This document shows, piece by piece, positions 39,753-50,736 of a stretch of 64,000 nt of DNA. The stretch spans positions 219 to 64,218 of the forward strand of contig USOQ01000002.1 in NCBI GenBank assembly GCA_900556395.1. Reading direction: 5' to 3'. Positions within the stretch are counted from its first letter, which is position 1. Every line of letters begins with the position of its first letter. The DNA comes from Candidatus Segatella caccae. Its GTDB lineage: Bacteria; Bacteroidota; Bacteroidia; Bacteroidales; Bacteroidaceae. A program made the translations under genes and the position numbers. The notes beneath the pieces are model-generated. The model had not been told where the DNA came from and searched no databases. It saw only the letters and a program-made list of their open reading frames with translations.

Positions 39753-39866
39753 TGCTGATTAAACGATTTTATGTGAAGTGTACAGAAAACTATAGGTAGC
39801 AAAACGTCAGTTATTGATGGTAGTGTCTCTATGGTGTGTCTCGATTATTTTTTTTATTTTGCATAT

Positions 39867-39905
39867 AAAAAAATCCTGACTTCCTAATAAAGAAGTCAGG
39901 ATTTT
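39867..39905 (-). terminator. Intrinsic terminator of gdhA
   Basis: AAAATCCTGACTTC-n7-GAAGTCAGGATTTT. Confidence 0.85.
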
Positions 39906-39935
39906 AATTGTCGTTATATTTTTGTATTCTCTTTC

Positions 39936-41270
39936 TTATACGATACCCTGAGCCATCATAGCCTTAGCTACCTTCAAGAAACCAGCCACGTTGGCACCCT
40001 TAACGTAGTTAACGTAGCCATCGGCCTCGGTACCATACTTCACACAGTTGGCGTGAATGTCGTTCATGATTTCGTGGAGTTTAGCATCTACCTCCTCACG
40101 ACTCCATTTCAAGCGTTCAGAGTTCTGGCTCATCTCAAGACCAGATACAGCTACACCACCTGCGTTGGCAGCCTTACCAGGAGCGTAGAGAATCTTAGCG
40201 TCCTGGAATACCTTGATGGCTTCAGGAGTGGTAGGCATGTTAGCACCCTCGCTTACTGCGAATACGCCGTTGGCAACCAGTGCCTTTGCTGCTTCCTCAT
40301 TGATCTCATTCTGAGTAGCTGATGGGAGAGCGATGTCGGCCTTTTCAAACCAAGGTTTAGCTCCCTCAACATATTTTACGCCATATTTCTCAGCATATTC
40401 CTTAATACGGCCACGCTCTACATTCTTGAGTTCCATGATGTAGTCGAGCTTCTCGCGGTCGATACCATCTGGGTCATAGATATAGCCGTCAGAGTCGGAG
40501 CATGTAACAGGCTTAGCACCTAACTGGAGTAGTTTCTCCATGGTGTATTGAGCTACGTTACCAGAACCTGATACCAATACTGTCTTGCCCTTGATGTCGA
40601 TGTTCTTTGTAGCAAGCATATTGCAGAGGAAGTAAACGTTACCATAACCTGTAGCCTCAGGACGGATGCGTGAACCACCAAACTCTTGACCCTTGCCTGT
40701 CAGGACACCCTGGAACTGGTGTGTCAACTTCTTGTACATACCGAAGAGGTAACCTACCTCACGACCACCTACACCGATGTCGCCTGCAGGAACGTCCTCG
40801 TCTGGACCCATATGGCGATAAAGCTCAGTCATGAAAGCCTGGCAGAATCGCATCACCTCATTGTTGCTCTTACCGCGTGGTGAGAAGTCAGAACCACCTT
40901 TAGCACCACCCATAGGGAGGGTTGTCAAAGAGTTCTTGAATGTCTGCTCGAAAGCCAAGAACTTCAAGATGCTCAAGTTTACTGACTTGTGATAGCGAAG
41001 ACCTCCCTTGTAAGGACCGATGACATTGTTGTGCTGGATACGGTAACCCATGTTAGTCTGTACGTTGCCCTTATCATCTACCCATGATACACGGAACTCG
41101 ATGATACGATCTGGAATGCAAAGACGCTCGATGAGGTTTGCTTTCTCAAATTCTGGGTGCTTGTTGTACTCTTCCTCAATGGTGCCGAGTACCTGACTAA
41201 CTGCCTGGATGTATTCAGGCTCATTAGGGAATCTTCTCTGAAGATTCGCGATTACTTCTGATGCTTTCAT
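39936..41270 (-). CDS. gdhA: NAD(P)-specific glutamate dehydrogenase
   Basis: GPYKGGLR, MGGAKGG, DVPAGDIG, RPEATGYG, GSGNVA. Confidence 0.95.
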   Translation of the reverse strand: MKASEVIANLQRRFPNEPEYIQAVSQVLGTIEEEYNKHPEFEKANLIERLCIPDRIIEFRVSWVDDKGNVQTNMGYRIQHNNVIGPYKGGLRYHKSVNLSILKFLAFEQTFKNSLTTLPMGGAKGGSDFSPRGKSNNEVMRFCQAFMTELYRHMGPDEDVPAGDIGVGGREVGYLFGMYKKLTHQFQGVLTGKGQEFGGSRIRPEATGYGNVYFLCNMLATKNIDIKGKTVLVSGSGNVAQYTMEKLLQLGAKPVTCSDSDGYIYDPDGIDREKLDYIMELKNVERGRIKEYAEKYGVKYVEGAKPWFEKADIALPSATQNEINEEAAKALVANGVFAVSEGANMPTTPEAIKVFQDAKILYAPGKAANAGGVAVSGLEMSQNSERLKWSREEVDAKLHEIMNDIHANCVKYGTEADGYVNYVKGANVAGFLKVAKAMMAQGIV

Positions 41271-41619
41271 AATCTTTATCCTTTTATTGGGTTTAAAATT
41301 TCAGTTTTCTTGTTTTCGTTTGCAAAGGTAAAGAAAAAGTTTGAAAAAAAGAACAAAAAGACAGAAAAAATAAAGAAAAAGTGTAAAAAGGTAAGTTTTT
41401 AACAATTTGCAAGTGCTTTTATTGGCGATATTTTGGGCGCACACCTTATTTATATATATAGAAGGGAGATGTTTTTGGTTAAACTGAGAAGTGAAGAAGG
41501 AGTGGAGATTTATAAGAAGCTAAGAAACAAACACATTTGTTATAGTAGATGCCCCAATCATGTGTCCTGTGAAAGAAAATGTTTTCTCCTTAAGTTTTAG
41601 GTCACATTTTTTTTTTAGA

Positions 41620-41658
41620 ACCAATAAAGCCCAAGGCAATGCCCTGGGCTTTATTGGT
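41620..41658. terminator. Intrinsic terminator after DEAD-box helicase
   Basis: ACCAATAAAGCCCAAGGC-AAT-GCCCTGGGCTTTATTGGT. Confidence 0.75.
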
Positions 41659-41723
41659 ATATCCACCATCACAATGCCAGTAAAAGGCAAATTGTAAATG
41701 GCAGACGTGTGTAAAGATATATA

Positions 41724-43442
41724 TTATTTCTTGAAGCCGAAAATGCGCTTGAAGATTTTCTTCACGACGTTTTCTTTCTTTTGTGGGTTGACGATAGGCG
41801 TAACCTTTCGTGTAGCAGGATTTTCGGCAGTCTTCTTCTGGCTGACGCCTCTTCCTCTGCCATTGCTGCCTGGGCGTACATTACGACGTTTGGCGTTGCT
41901 GTCACGATTTTCAGCTTTGTTGTCAGCTTTATAGTCAACCTTGTTGTTAGTCTTATTACCCGTTTGAGGTTGCCTGTTGCGCAGTTTTCCTTCAGTTTGC
42001 TCTTGGGTAGAACGGTTGTTGCCCTTGCGTCGGTTATTGCGATTACCCTTGTTCTGCTGCTGTCCTTCCTTTCTGCTGCTGTTCTCGGGATTATTATTAT
42101 TTTCGGGCTTGTTGCCATTCTCAGGTTTTCTGTTGCCATTCTCAGGCTTATCGTTTTCTGTTCGTGGCGCTTTCTCCTGTCGGGTGGCAGTCTTGTTGTT
42201 AGGCTTGCGCTTATGAGCGGTCTGTTCACGGTTCTTGCGTCTTCTGCTCTTGGCGCTGTTGTTTCCAGCCTTATGAGGCTTGGTCTGTTTGGTGTAGACA
42301 GGAGCTTCTCCGCATCCTTCAGGTAGCGCCACCTTTTCTACTTCCTTCTCAAGGAACTTTTCGATTTGTTGGAAGTAGAAGATGTCTTCTTCGCTCACAA
42401 AGGTGATGGCCACTCCGTCTCGGTCGGCACGTGCAGTACGTCCGATACGGTGAACATAGTCTTCAGTATCGTGTGGCACATCGTAGTTAATCACCAGTGC
42501 GATATCGTCGATGTCAATGCCTCTTGCAACGATATCTGTTGCTACGAGTACATCGATTTGGCCGCTCTTAAACTTGAACATGATGTTATCTCGCTCGGCC
42601 TGTTCCAAGTCTGAGTGCATCTCACCGCAGTTGATATGTTTACGTTGCAGAGAACCAGCCACTTGTTTCACCTTCATCTTGCTACCGCAGAAGATGATGA
42701 CGCGCTGCAGGTTTCCAGCCTTGAAGATATCCTTGATGATGTCCATCTTCTGAGTTTCGTAACATACGTATGCTTTCTGCTTGATTTTCTCAGCAGGTTT
42801 GCTGACGGCCAGTTTGATTTCTACTGGGTTTTTGAGCAGAGTCTTAGCCAGTTCTTCTATCTTCTCTGGCATGGTGGCAGAGAACATGATGGTTTGGCAC
42901 GACTTAGGAAGTTTAGCAGCAATGGTCTTGATATCCTCCGAGAATCCCATGTCGAGCATGCGGTCTGCTTCGTCGAGAATAAAGAAGCTCACCTTGCTGA
43001 GGTCTACGTTGCCTAAGCTGATGTGCGAAATGAGTCGTCCCGGTGTAGCTATCACCACGTCAGCTCCCATGCGCAAGCTTTTCAACTCTTGGTCGTATCG
43101 GTTGCCGTCGTTGCCTCCATATACAGCCACACTGCTTACGCCTTGCAGATAATATCCGAATCCCTGCATCGCTTGGTCTATCTGCTGTGCCAGTTCTCTT
43201 GTTGGCGACATGATGACGCAGTTGATGGCATCATTAGGGTATCCACCGTCATCGAGTTTGCTGAGTACAGGTAGCAGATAAGCTGCTGTTTTTCCTGTTC
43301 CCGTTTGTGCAACACCCATCACGTCGTTGCCTTTTAATATTTCAGGTATACATTTTTCTTGTACAGGTGTGCAAGTGTCGAATCGCATATCGTATAGAGC
43401 GTCGAGCACATTATCGTTTAAATCTAATTCATCGAAATACAT
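41724..43442 (-). CDS. DEAD-box RNA helicase with long N/K/R/E-rich tail
   Basis: AQTGTGKT, PTRELA, DEAD, SAT, HRIGRTAR; start MYFDEL. Confidence 0.93.
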   Translation of the reverse strand: MYFDELDLNDNVLDALYDMRFDTCTPVQEKCIPEILKGNDVMGVAQTGTGKTAAYLLPVLSKLDDGGYPNDAINCVIMSPTRELAQQIDQAMQGFGYYLQGVSSVAVYGGNDGNRYDQELKSLRMGADVVIATPGRLISHISLGNVDLSKVSFFILDEADRMLDMGFSEDIKTIAAKLPKSCQTIMFSATMPEKIEELAKTLLKNPVEIKLAVSKPAEKIKQKAYVCYETQKMDIIKDIFKAGNLQRVIIFCGSKMKVKQVAGSLQRKHINCGEMHSDLEQAERDNIMFKFKSGQIDVLVATDIVARGIDIDDIALVINYDVPHDTEDYVHRIGRTARADRDGVAITFVSEEDIFYFQQIEKFLEKEVEKVALPEGCGEAPVYTKQTKPHKAGNNSAKSRRRKNREQTAHKRKPNNKTATRQEKAPRTENDKPENGNRKPENGNKPENNNNPENSSRKEGQQQNKGNRNNRRKGNNRSTQEQTEGKLRNRQPQTGNKTNNKVDYKADNKAENRDSNAKRRNVRPGSNGRGRGVSQKKTAENPATRKVTPIVNPQKKENVVKKIFKRIFGFKK

Positions 43443-43552
43443 GATCTTAAAAAGTTTATTTAGAACAGGCATCGCCTATGGAACAAATGGGAGTTTGTGT
43501 CAAACTTTGCCGTTCTGGGTTCACATTTTTTGGGGGAATTGTTACTTAGAGA

Positions 43553-44794
43553 TTACCTCGGTGCCTTGCGATAGCAGAAATATGCCACGAAAGCGAAGAG
43601 GAAGTTGGGCATCCAGGCAGCTAACATGGGTGGGAAGTTGTCTTGTATGGCGAATGTAGCCGAGATGGTTTGCAGCATGATGTAGCTAAAGCTGAGCGCC
43701 AATCCGATACCTAAGGATGTTCCCATTCCCCCTTTACGTTTTCTCGAAGATAGCGACACACCGATGATGGTAAGGATGAAGGAGGCGAAGGATGCAGCTA
43801 TTCGTTTGTGGTATTCCACTTGATATTGTACCACATTTCCCGAACCACGGTTAATCTGCTTAGATATATACTCTTTCAGGGCAGGGCTGGTAAAGGTTTC
43901 TTGCTGTCCTTTAGAGTAAACGAGGTCTGTGGGTTCCATCATGATGGTGGTATCTTTCTCTGCACCACTTGTGATGTGTTCCTTGAGTCCTTGCAACTGT
44001 CTTACCTTCCAGTTTCTTATCTTCCAGTGGTACTTCGAGTCGGAGATGGTGTCGTACTGCACCTCCATAGCCGTGAGGTGGCTTACCAGTTTTTTGTCTT
44101 TAAACTTATCCAGACAGAAGCCATATCCCTTTTTACTGCTGTTGTCGTAATGTTGTAGATAGGCGATGACCCCCTTGTCCACCTGTAGTTGAACATTTTC
44201 AGCCGATGTGTTCTTGCTTTTCTTCTTATATTTTATCTCGAAGTTTTGTCGCACTACCGTACCGTATGGTATGACGTATGCAGATAGTGCATACGACATA
44301 GCAGACAATATGATGCAGGTTATCATGTAGGGTCGTAGCAGTCGCTTAAACGAAATACCCGAAGCCATGATAGCGATAATCTCCGAGTTGCCTGCCATCT
44401 TAGATGTAAAGAAGATGACGGCAATGAAGACAAACAGCGCACTGAAGAGGTTGGCGAAGTAGGGTACGAAGTTGAGATAATAGTCAACGACGATAGCCCT
44501 CAGTGGCGCATGGTTTTCTGTAAACTTAGGCAAGTTGTCGTTAACGTCAAAGACGATGGCTACCGATATGATAAGCAGTATGGAGAAGAAGTATGTTCCC
44601 AAGAATTTCTTGATGATATACCAGTCCATGCGCTTGATGTATCTGAAAGGGTTTAAGAATCTGAGGAATCTGAGGAATCTCAGTTTCTTCCCGAGCCATA
44701 GTGCAATACGCACGAGCCATGCGAAGTGTTGTGCGAACCATCTTTTGGCATGATAGAGCCTGCGATGTTTTCTTAATTGATGAAATGTCTTCAT
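43553..44794 (-). CDS. LptF/LptG-family LPS export permease
   Basis: DWYIIKKF, NSEIIAIMASGIS, AWMPN; true start uncertain. Confidence 0.88.
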   Translation of the reverse strand: MKTFHQLRKHRRLYHAKRWFAQHFAWLVRIALWLGKKLRFLRFLRFLNPFRYIKRMDWYIIKKFLGTYFFSILLIISVAIVFDVNDNLPKFTENHAPLRAIVVDYYLNFVPYFANLFSALFVFIAVIFFTSKMAGNSEIIAIMASGISFKRLLRPYMITCIILSAMSYALSAYVIPYGTVVRQNFEIKYKKKSKNTSAENVQLQVDKGVIAYLQHYDNSSKKGYGFCLDKFKDKKLVSHLTAMEVQYDTISDSKYHWKIRNWKVRQLQGLKEHITSGAEKDTTIMMEPTDLVYSKGQQETFTSPALKEYISKQINRGSGNVVQYQVEYHKRIAASFASFILTIIGVSLSSRKRKGGMGTSLGIGLALSFSYIMLQTISATFAIQDNFPPMLAAWMPNFLFAFVAYFCYRKAPR

Positions 44795-44848
44795 TTGATG
44801 ATTTTGACCTTATTAGGTCTTTGCGTTTGTTTGTCCAGCCTGTGGCCT

Positions 44849-45976
44849 TTATATTCTTTGACCCAACTGGTCGATGATCGAATTTTTCCACTGCACGAAG
44901 TCGCCTTGTTCGATGTGCTGTCGTGCATCGGTAACGAGTCGTAGATAGAACGCCAAGTTGTGTATGCTGGCAATCTGCATGGCCAGCAGTTCCTGTGCCT
45001 TGAAGAGGTGGTGTAGGTAGGCCTTCGTGGTGATGCGGTCGATGTCGCAACCATCTGGGTCAACAGGGCTGAAGTCCATCTCCCATTTCTTGTTGCGCAT
45101 ATTCATCGTACCATTGTAGGTGAAGAGCATAGCGTTTCGTCCATTTCTTGTAGGCATCACACAGTCGAACATATCGACACCTCTTTCTATAGCTTCGAGG
45201 ATGTTTTGAGGAGTACCTACGCCCATGAGGTATCGAGGCTTGTCCTTAGGCAGTATTTCGTTCACCACCTCTATCATCTCGTACATCACCTCGGTAGGCT
45301 CTCCCACAGCCAGTCCACCGATAGCATTACCATCAGCGCCCTTGTCGGCTACGTATTTGGCAGCCTCTTTTCTCAGTTCAGGGAAGGTGCAACCTTGTAC
45401 GATAGGGAAGAGGCTTTGCTGATATCCATAGAGAGGTTCGGTCTCATTGAATCTCTTGAAGCATCTATCGAGCCATCTCTGAGTCATCTCGAGGCTTCTC
45501 TTGGCATACATGAAGTCGCTTTGTCCAGGAGGACATTCATCGAATGCCATCATGATATCAGCACCGATGATTCGCTCAGTGTCCATCACGTTTTCGGGTG
45601 TAAAGAAGTGCTTGCTTCCGTCGATATGTGAGCGGAACTCGCATCCCTCCTCTCGCAGTTTTCTGATACCAGTGAGCGAGAATACTTGGAATCCACCGCT
45701 ATCGGTCAGGATAGGTCTATCCCATCCATTAAATCCGTGTAGTCCTCCTGCTGCCTTGATGACTTCGAGTCCTGGACGCAGATAGAGGTGATAGGTGTTT
45801 CCTAAGATGATCTGTGCCTTCACCTGCTGGCGCAGTTCTTCGAAATGCACACCTTTCACGGACCCTACAGTACCCACGGGCATGAAGATTGGAGTCTTGA
45901 TTTGCCCGTGGTCGGTAGTGATGATGCCTGTGCGGGCATCGCTGGCTTTATCTGTTACTTGTAGTTCGAATTTCAT
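44849..45976 (-). CDS. tgt: tRNA-guanine transglycosylase
   Basis: TPIFMPVGT, NTYHL, TDSGGFQ, DMFDCV. Confidence 0.96.
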   Translation of the reverse strand: MKFELQVTDKASDARTGIITTDHGQIKTPIFMPVGTVGSVKGVHFEELRQQVKAQIILGNTYHLYLRPGLEVIKAAGGLHGFNGWDRPILTDSGGFQVFSLTGIRKLREEGCEFRSHIDGSKHFFTPENVMDTERIIGADIMMAFDECPPGQSDFMYAKRSLEMTQRWLDRCFKRFNETEPLYGYQQSLFPIVQGCTFPELRKEAAKYVADKGADGNAIGGLAVGEPTEVMYEMIEVVNEILPKDKPRYLMGVGTPQNILEAIERGVDMFDCVMPTRNGRNAMLFTYNGTMNMRNKKWEMDFSPVDPDGCDIDRITTKAYLHHLFKAQELLAMQIASIHNLAFYLRLVTDARQHIEQGDFVQWKNSIIDQLGQRI

Positions 45977-46045
45977 TCTTCTTCTCGTTTATTTTTTTCA
46001 AGTTTGGTAGGTAGTAGAGAATATCTTATCTCGCTTACCCCTTTT

Positions 46046-48538
46046 TCACTTGGTAGCTTCGCTCTTTGTCTCTTCAGGGATGGTGAGGTCGATGGCATCT
46101 TCTACTTTCTCATCGGTAAGAGCGAATTTCCACACATCAGCCACATTCTCCACATAGTGGAACTCCACTCCCTTACGATAGATTTCAGGGATATCCTCGA
46201 TATCTTTTCTGTTGTCTTGACAGATGATGATATCGGTGATGCCCGCACGCTTAGCGGCCAGTATCTTCTCCTTGATACCACCTACGGGGAGCACCTTACC
46301 ACGGAGAGTAATCTCGCCTGTCATAGCAATGTTTTTGCGTACCTTGCGCTGAGTGAGTGCAGAGGCGATGCTGGTGGCGATGGTGATACCTGCAGAAGGT
46401 CCATCCTTAGGCGTAGCTCCTTCAGGCACATGGATATGGATGTTCCAGTTATCGAAGATACGGTAGTCGATATCCAAGATGTTGGCATGTGCCTTCACAT
46501 ATTCCAGTGCGATGACAGCCGACTCCTTCATAACATCGCCCAAGTTACCCGTCAGCGTTAGCTTGGCCGCCTTGCTTCTGCTGAGTGAAGTCTCGATGAA
46601 GAGGATTTCTCCCCCCACAGAAGTCCATGCCAGTCCGGTAACGACGCCAGCATATTGGTTGCCCTGATATATGTCGCGTGTGAAGATAGGTTTGCCCAAG
46701 AGGTCTTTCACCTCAGCAGGTGTTACGGTCGACTTCTTCAGTTCGTCAGTATATGCCACTTTGAATGCCATCTTGCGCAGTGTCTTGTTGATAGCTTTTT
46801 CAAGCTGTCTCACACCGCTCTCTCGTGTGTAGTGGTCGATAAGGTCTTCGATGGCAGGCTTAGTGAACTTGATTTTGGGTTCATATTTATCAAGTCCCGT
46901 ATTCTTTAGTTCGCGTGGCACGAGGTGACGCTTGGCTATCTCCACCTTTTCCTCGATGATATATCCTCCCACCTCGATGAGTTCCATACGGTCGAGTAGA
47001 GGGCGTGGGATATTGCTGATGTCATTAGCCGTAGCAATGAAGAGCACCTTTGACAGGTCGTAGTCGACATCGAGATAGTTGTCGTGGAAGGCGTTGTTCT
47101 GTTCGGGGTCGAGCACTTCGAGCAAAGCCGAGGCGGGGTTGCCGTTATAGGTATTCTGTGTCACCTTGTCTATCTCGTCGAGGATGAAAACGGGGTTGCT
47201 ACTTCCCGCCTTCTGTATGTTCTTAATGATACGTCCAGGCATAGCTCCGATGTATGTGCGTCGATGTCCGCGTATCTCCGATTCATCGTGCAGACCGCCC
47301 AGCGACATACGAACGTATTTTCTTCCCATCGACTCAGCGATGCTTTTGCCAAGACTTGTCTTGCCCACTCCAGGAGGGCCATAAAGGCATAGGATAGGGC
47401 TCTTCAGGTCACCACGTAACGATCGCACAGCGAGATATTCCAGTATGCGCTCTTTCACCTTTTCCATGCCATAGTGTGCCTTGTCGAGCACGGTCTTGGC
47501 GTGCTTGAGGCTCAGGTTGTCGTTGGTGTACTCGTTCCAGGGCAGTTCTACCATTGTCTGCAGGTAGTTGACGAGGATAGAGTAGTCTGGACTTTGTGGA
47601 TTGATAGTTTCGAGTTTAGCCAGTTCCTTATTGAAAATCTTGGCAGTGTTCTCGTCCCATTTTTTATTCTTTGCCTTGGCAGCCAGTTCCTTTCGTTCCG
47701 GGTTTTTCTCGTCGCCCCCCAGCTCTTCTCTTATGTTTTTGAGCTGCTGTTGCAAGAAGTATTCTTTCTGCTGCTCGTCCAGGTCGAAGCGAGTCTTCTG
47801 TCTGATTTCCGACTGTATGCGCAGCAGCTGCAACTCTTTATGCTCAGCCTTAAGTGCGAGCATGAGTCGGTCGCTGAGGTTGCTTTTCTCGAGCATCTCC
47901 ATCTTGTCTTCAATGCTGAAAGGCATGTTAGAGCAGATGAAGTTGGCCGCTATCATTGGGTTAGAAATGTTGTTGATGGCATATTCAGCCTCATTGGGCA
48001 TTTCTTCGCAAGCGCGTATGAAGTTGTTGGTTTCCTGATGCAGGGTGTCCAACAGTGTTTGGAAGTGTACGTCTTCCATGTCTGGCCATACCTCAGGTAG
48101 GCTCTCCACATTCCCCTGGTAGTATGGTTTTGTAGCCGTTATCTGGTTGAGCTGACATCTACCGAGGGCTTGCACCACGATGGTAATATTGTTGGAGTCA
48201 ACTCCTGGGAGTTCTACTGTTTTGATGAGTTTAGCGAATACTCCAGTAGCATAGAGGTCATCCTGTGTTGGACTTTCAGTAGTCTCGTTTTTCTGACAGA
48301 AGATACAGAAAACCTTTTCTGTGTTCTGTGCTATCTCTTTGGCCAGCGCAACGCTCTGCGGGCGACCAACAATGATGGGTGCCAAGACAGTAGGGAAGAC
48401 AACCAGGTTGCGTGTGCAGAGAATAGGATATTCTCCAGGAGCTTTTTCTTCTACCAGTACAGAGGCATCGCCGTCATAATCGGCTATCATTTGGAATTGT
48501 GTATTTGAATTTCTGTTCATATTCTTTTTGGAATTCAT
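46046..48538 (-). CDS. lon: Lon protease
   Basis: [28 protein letters not shown]. Confidence 0.96.
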   Translation of the reverse strand: MNSKKNMNRNSNTQFQMIADYDGDASVLVEEKAPGEYPILCTRNLVVFPTVLAPIIVGRPQSVALAKEIAQNTEKVFCIFCQKNETTESPTQDDLYATGVFAKLIKTVELPGVDSNNITIVVQALGRCQLNQITATKPYYQGNVESLPEVWPDMEDVHFQTLLDTLHQETNNFIRACEEMPNEAEYAINNISNPMIAANFICSNMPFSIEDKMEMLEKSNLSDRLMLALKAEHKELQLLRIQSEIRQKTRFDLDEQQKEYFLQQQLKNIREELGGDEKNPERKELAAKAKNKKWDENTAKIFNKELAKLETINPQSPDYSILVNYLQTMVELPWNEYTNDNLSLKHAKTVLDKAHYGMEKVKERILEYLAVRSLRGDLKSPILCLYGPPGVGKTSLGKSIAESMGRKYVRMSLGGLHDESEIRGHRRTYIGAMPGRIIKNIQKAGSSNPVFILDEIDKVTQNTYNGNPASALLEVLDPEQNNAFHDNYLDVDYDLSKVLFIATANDISNIPRPLLDRMELIEVGGYIIEEKVEIAKRHLVPRELKNTGLDKYEPKIKFTKPAIEDLIDHYTRESGVRQLEKAINKTLRKMAFKVAYTDELKKSTVTPAEVKDLLGKPIFTRDIYQGNQYAGVVTGLAWTSVGGEILFIETSLSRSKAAKLTLTGNLGDVMKESAVIALEYVKAHANILDIDYRIFDNWNIHIHVPEGATPKDGPSAGITIATSIASALTQRKVRKNIAMTGEITLRGKVLPVGGIKEKILAAKRAGITDIIICQDNRKDIEDIPEIYRKGVEFHYVENVADVWKFALTDEKVEDAIDLTIPEETKSEATK

Positions 48539-48685
48539 TTTTAGGGTGCAAAGTTAGTCATTTTTATTGAATTATAGGGCTTGGTACAGATATTTTAATA
48601 TATTCACGTCGTTTTTTCTGTAAAAAAGACAAAATAAAAACCACATGTTCTCGTTTTTATTGAGATAGAAACAAAAACAAATAGC

Positions 48686-49381
48686 GTGGCAGATTTTCAA
48701 TTCAAGTATTTTTCCATCATGCAAGACAGGTGCGGCATGAAGGTAGGCACGGATGGTGTTCTCTTAGGGGCATGGGCAGCAGGTGGCAAGCGCTTGCTGG
48801 ATATTGGAACAGGCACAGGACTTGTGGCACTCATGATGGCTCAGCGTTTTCCTCATGCAGAGATTGATGCCATCGACATTGATAGCGATGCTTGTCGGCA
48901 GGCAACCGAAAATGTGGCGTCAAGTCCTTTCTCGGGAAGGGTGCAGGTGCATCATTGTTCGCTGCAAGAATTTGAGTGTTCTCTACCTTATGACGCCATC
49001 GTCAGTAATCCTCCTTTTTTTGTCGATAGTCTGAAGAATCCCGATACCAAACGTTCGCTTGCTCGTCATACAGATACGCTTCCTTTTGCCGACCTTTTTG
49101 CTGCAGCTAAGAGGTTGTTGGCTGATGATGGATACTTGTCTATTGTTATCCCGACGGAAGTGTTTAGTCGAGTGGAGGAAGAAGCTTATTATAAGGGCTT
49201 TACGCTTCTTCGTAAGTGCTCTGTTAAGACAGTAGTTCGCAAGGAACCTAAGCGGCTTCTTCTTACTTTCTCGCGGCATCGTCAAGGCGCATTGAAAGAG
49301 GCTGTCGAAGTGCTTCAGTCACCCGATGGAGGACGCTCTGCATGGTATGCTCAACTTACAGCAGAATTCTATATTAAATAA
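48686..49381 (+). CDS. tRNA1(Val) adenine37-N6 methyltransferase (YfiC/TrmN6-like)
   Basis: MKVGTDGVLLGAW, LDIGTGTG, SNPPF, ARH. Confidence 0.85.
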   Translation: MADFQFKYFSIMQDRCGMKVGTDGVLLGAWAAGGKRLLDIGTGTGLVALMMAQRFPHAEIDAIDIDSDACRQATENVASSPFSGRVQVHHCSLQEFECSLPYDAIVSNPPFFVDSLKNPDTKRSLARHTDTLPFADLFAAAKRLLADDGYLSIVIPTEVFSRVEEEAYYKGFTLLRKCSVKTVVRKEPKRLLLTFSRHRQGALKEAVEVLQSPDGGRSAWYAQLTAEFYIK

Positions 49382-49480
49382 TTCTACTTTCGCAAATGGA
49401 GAAGTTAGAGAAGTTAGAGAATTTAAAGCCAATAGCCTTTTTGCTAAAATGTCAGCAATAAAGCTATTGGCTTTAAATCT
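49381..49480 (+). repeat. Dispersed repeat family copy C (left half with internal hairpin)
   Basis: TCTACTTTCGCAAATGGAGAAGTTAGAGAAGTTAGAG...TTTAAAGCCAATAGC...GCTATTGGCTTTAAA. Confidence 0.8.
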
Positions 49481-49523
49481 TTATTTTCTTCATTTTGTTT
49501 TACTTTCCCAACGGCTCCCCCCC

Positions 49524-50552
49524 TTACAGGTTCAATTTGCTCTGTACAAGTTTGCTTAGAGCCTCAACCTTTTTTCCCTGTTCTCTGATATCGCTTCTCA
49601 CAGCGTTGAGACCATTAAAGAAATCAGCAAAGGCCGATTGTATGATGTTGGGCTTACGCGCACTCTTGTCGGCAAAGGGGTTGACAATCATTTTGATGCC
49701 TTTTTCTTCCAAGTGTACATCTATGTCAGCACCCGTCATCACTGGGTCGCCATCATAGTGAATCACCCCCGGTTGTGTACGTGTGATATGCAGTTTTTTG
49801 CATCTGAAAGTCTTGATCTTCGAGTGCTTATCGAGCGTTTTGTTGAACATATCGAAACTTACCTGAGGTGCTTCGAGTACATCGAACGGTTCCATGATGA
49901 TAACATCTATCAGTCCGTCGCTCATAGAAGCCTGTGGTGCAATATAAGCGTTGTTGCCATATTGCGATGCGTTAGCACACGAGATGAGGAAAGCCTTGTA
50001 TTGCTTAGTTCCCGTTTCGTCTTCGAGTGTGTAAGTTTCAGGCTTATATTTCAATCCCTCTTTCAGGATGTTTTCGGCATAGCTGATGGGGCCTCGTTTC
50101 CCGCTTTCAGCAAATTTCATACTCACGAAGGCGTCAAATCCCATGCCGCAAGTGCAGAAGAAGGGATAGCCGTTGATGACACCATAGTCAAGGTCGTGAA
50201 TCTCGCCATAGTTGATGATTTCGAGGCTCTTTTTCAAATTCATAGGGAGCATCAAGTGGCGTGCCAATCCATTGCCCGACCCGCAAGGCAGTATTCCTAA
50301 AGCCGTGTCCGAGTGTACGATGGCTCTCGCCACTTCGTTGACAGTACCATCGCCTCCCACAGCCACAACGATATCAACATGAGCATCCTTCGCCTCAGAA
50401 GCTATCTCTGATGCATGTCCTGCCCTCTCTGTGGTTCTTATCTCGTAGTCAAAGCGGTCTTTGTCCAAAATACTATCTATCAGGTGTGGGATAGAAGCTT
50501 TGTTTCCTGTTCCCGAGATAGGATTCATGATAAAAACGATCTTTTTCTTCAT
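49524..50552 (-). CDS. DAGK/YegS-family lipid kinase (candidate sphingoid kinase)
   Basis: NPISG, GGDGTVNE, GSGNGLA, GFDA, DGD. Confidence 0.85.
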   Translation of the reverse strand: MKKKIVFIMNPISGTGNKASIPHLIDSILDKDRFDYEIRTTERAGHASEIASEAKDAHVDIVVAVGGDGTVNEVARAIVHSDTALGILPCGSGNGLARHLMLPMNLKKSLEIINYGEIHDLDYGVINGYPFFCTCGMGFDAFVSMKFAESGKRGPISYAENILKEGLKYKPETYTLEDETGTKQYKAFLISCANASQYGNNAYIAPQASMSDGLIDVIIMEPFDVLEAPQVSFDMFNKTLDKHSKIKTFRCKKLHITRTQPGVIHYDGDPVMTGADIDVHLEEKGIKMIVNPFADKSARKPNIIQSAFADFFNGLNAVRSDIREQGKKVEALSKLVQSKLNL

Positions 50553-50686
50553 CTAATTAGATAGATTTATGTGAATATTCTTTTGCAAAAGTAATAAAAA
50601 TAGCATAAAAACGACTTTTTTGAGACTAAAAAAACACTAAAAATCAACTTTCTTAGAAAAAATCATGATATATAAGTTCTTTTTTG

Positions 50687-50694
50687 TATCTTTG
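50687..50694 (+). promoter_or_regulatory. -7 promoter element TATCTTTG for spt
   Basis: Consensus in divergent intergenic region. Confidence 0.6.
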
Positions 50695-50736
50695 CACCCT
50701 GTAAACTAAGAAATTAAAAAAGTACACCTATTCATA

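Noticed and set aside
41469..41600. 43-aa Cys-containing plus-strand ORF considered as a RiPP precursor
   Set aside because: No promoter, leader motif or other support; plausible by chance.
44547..45063. Alternative-frame ORFs spanning the tgt/lptFG junction
   Set aside because: Both real genes are intact; no slippery site or recognisable product, so no frameshift is inferred.
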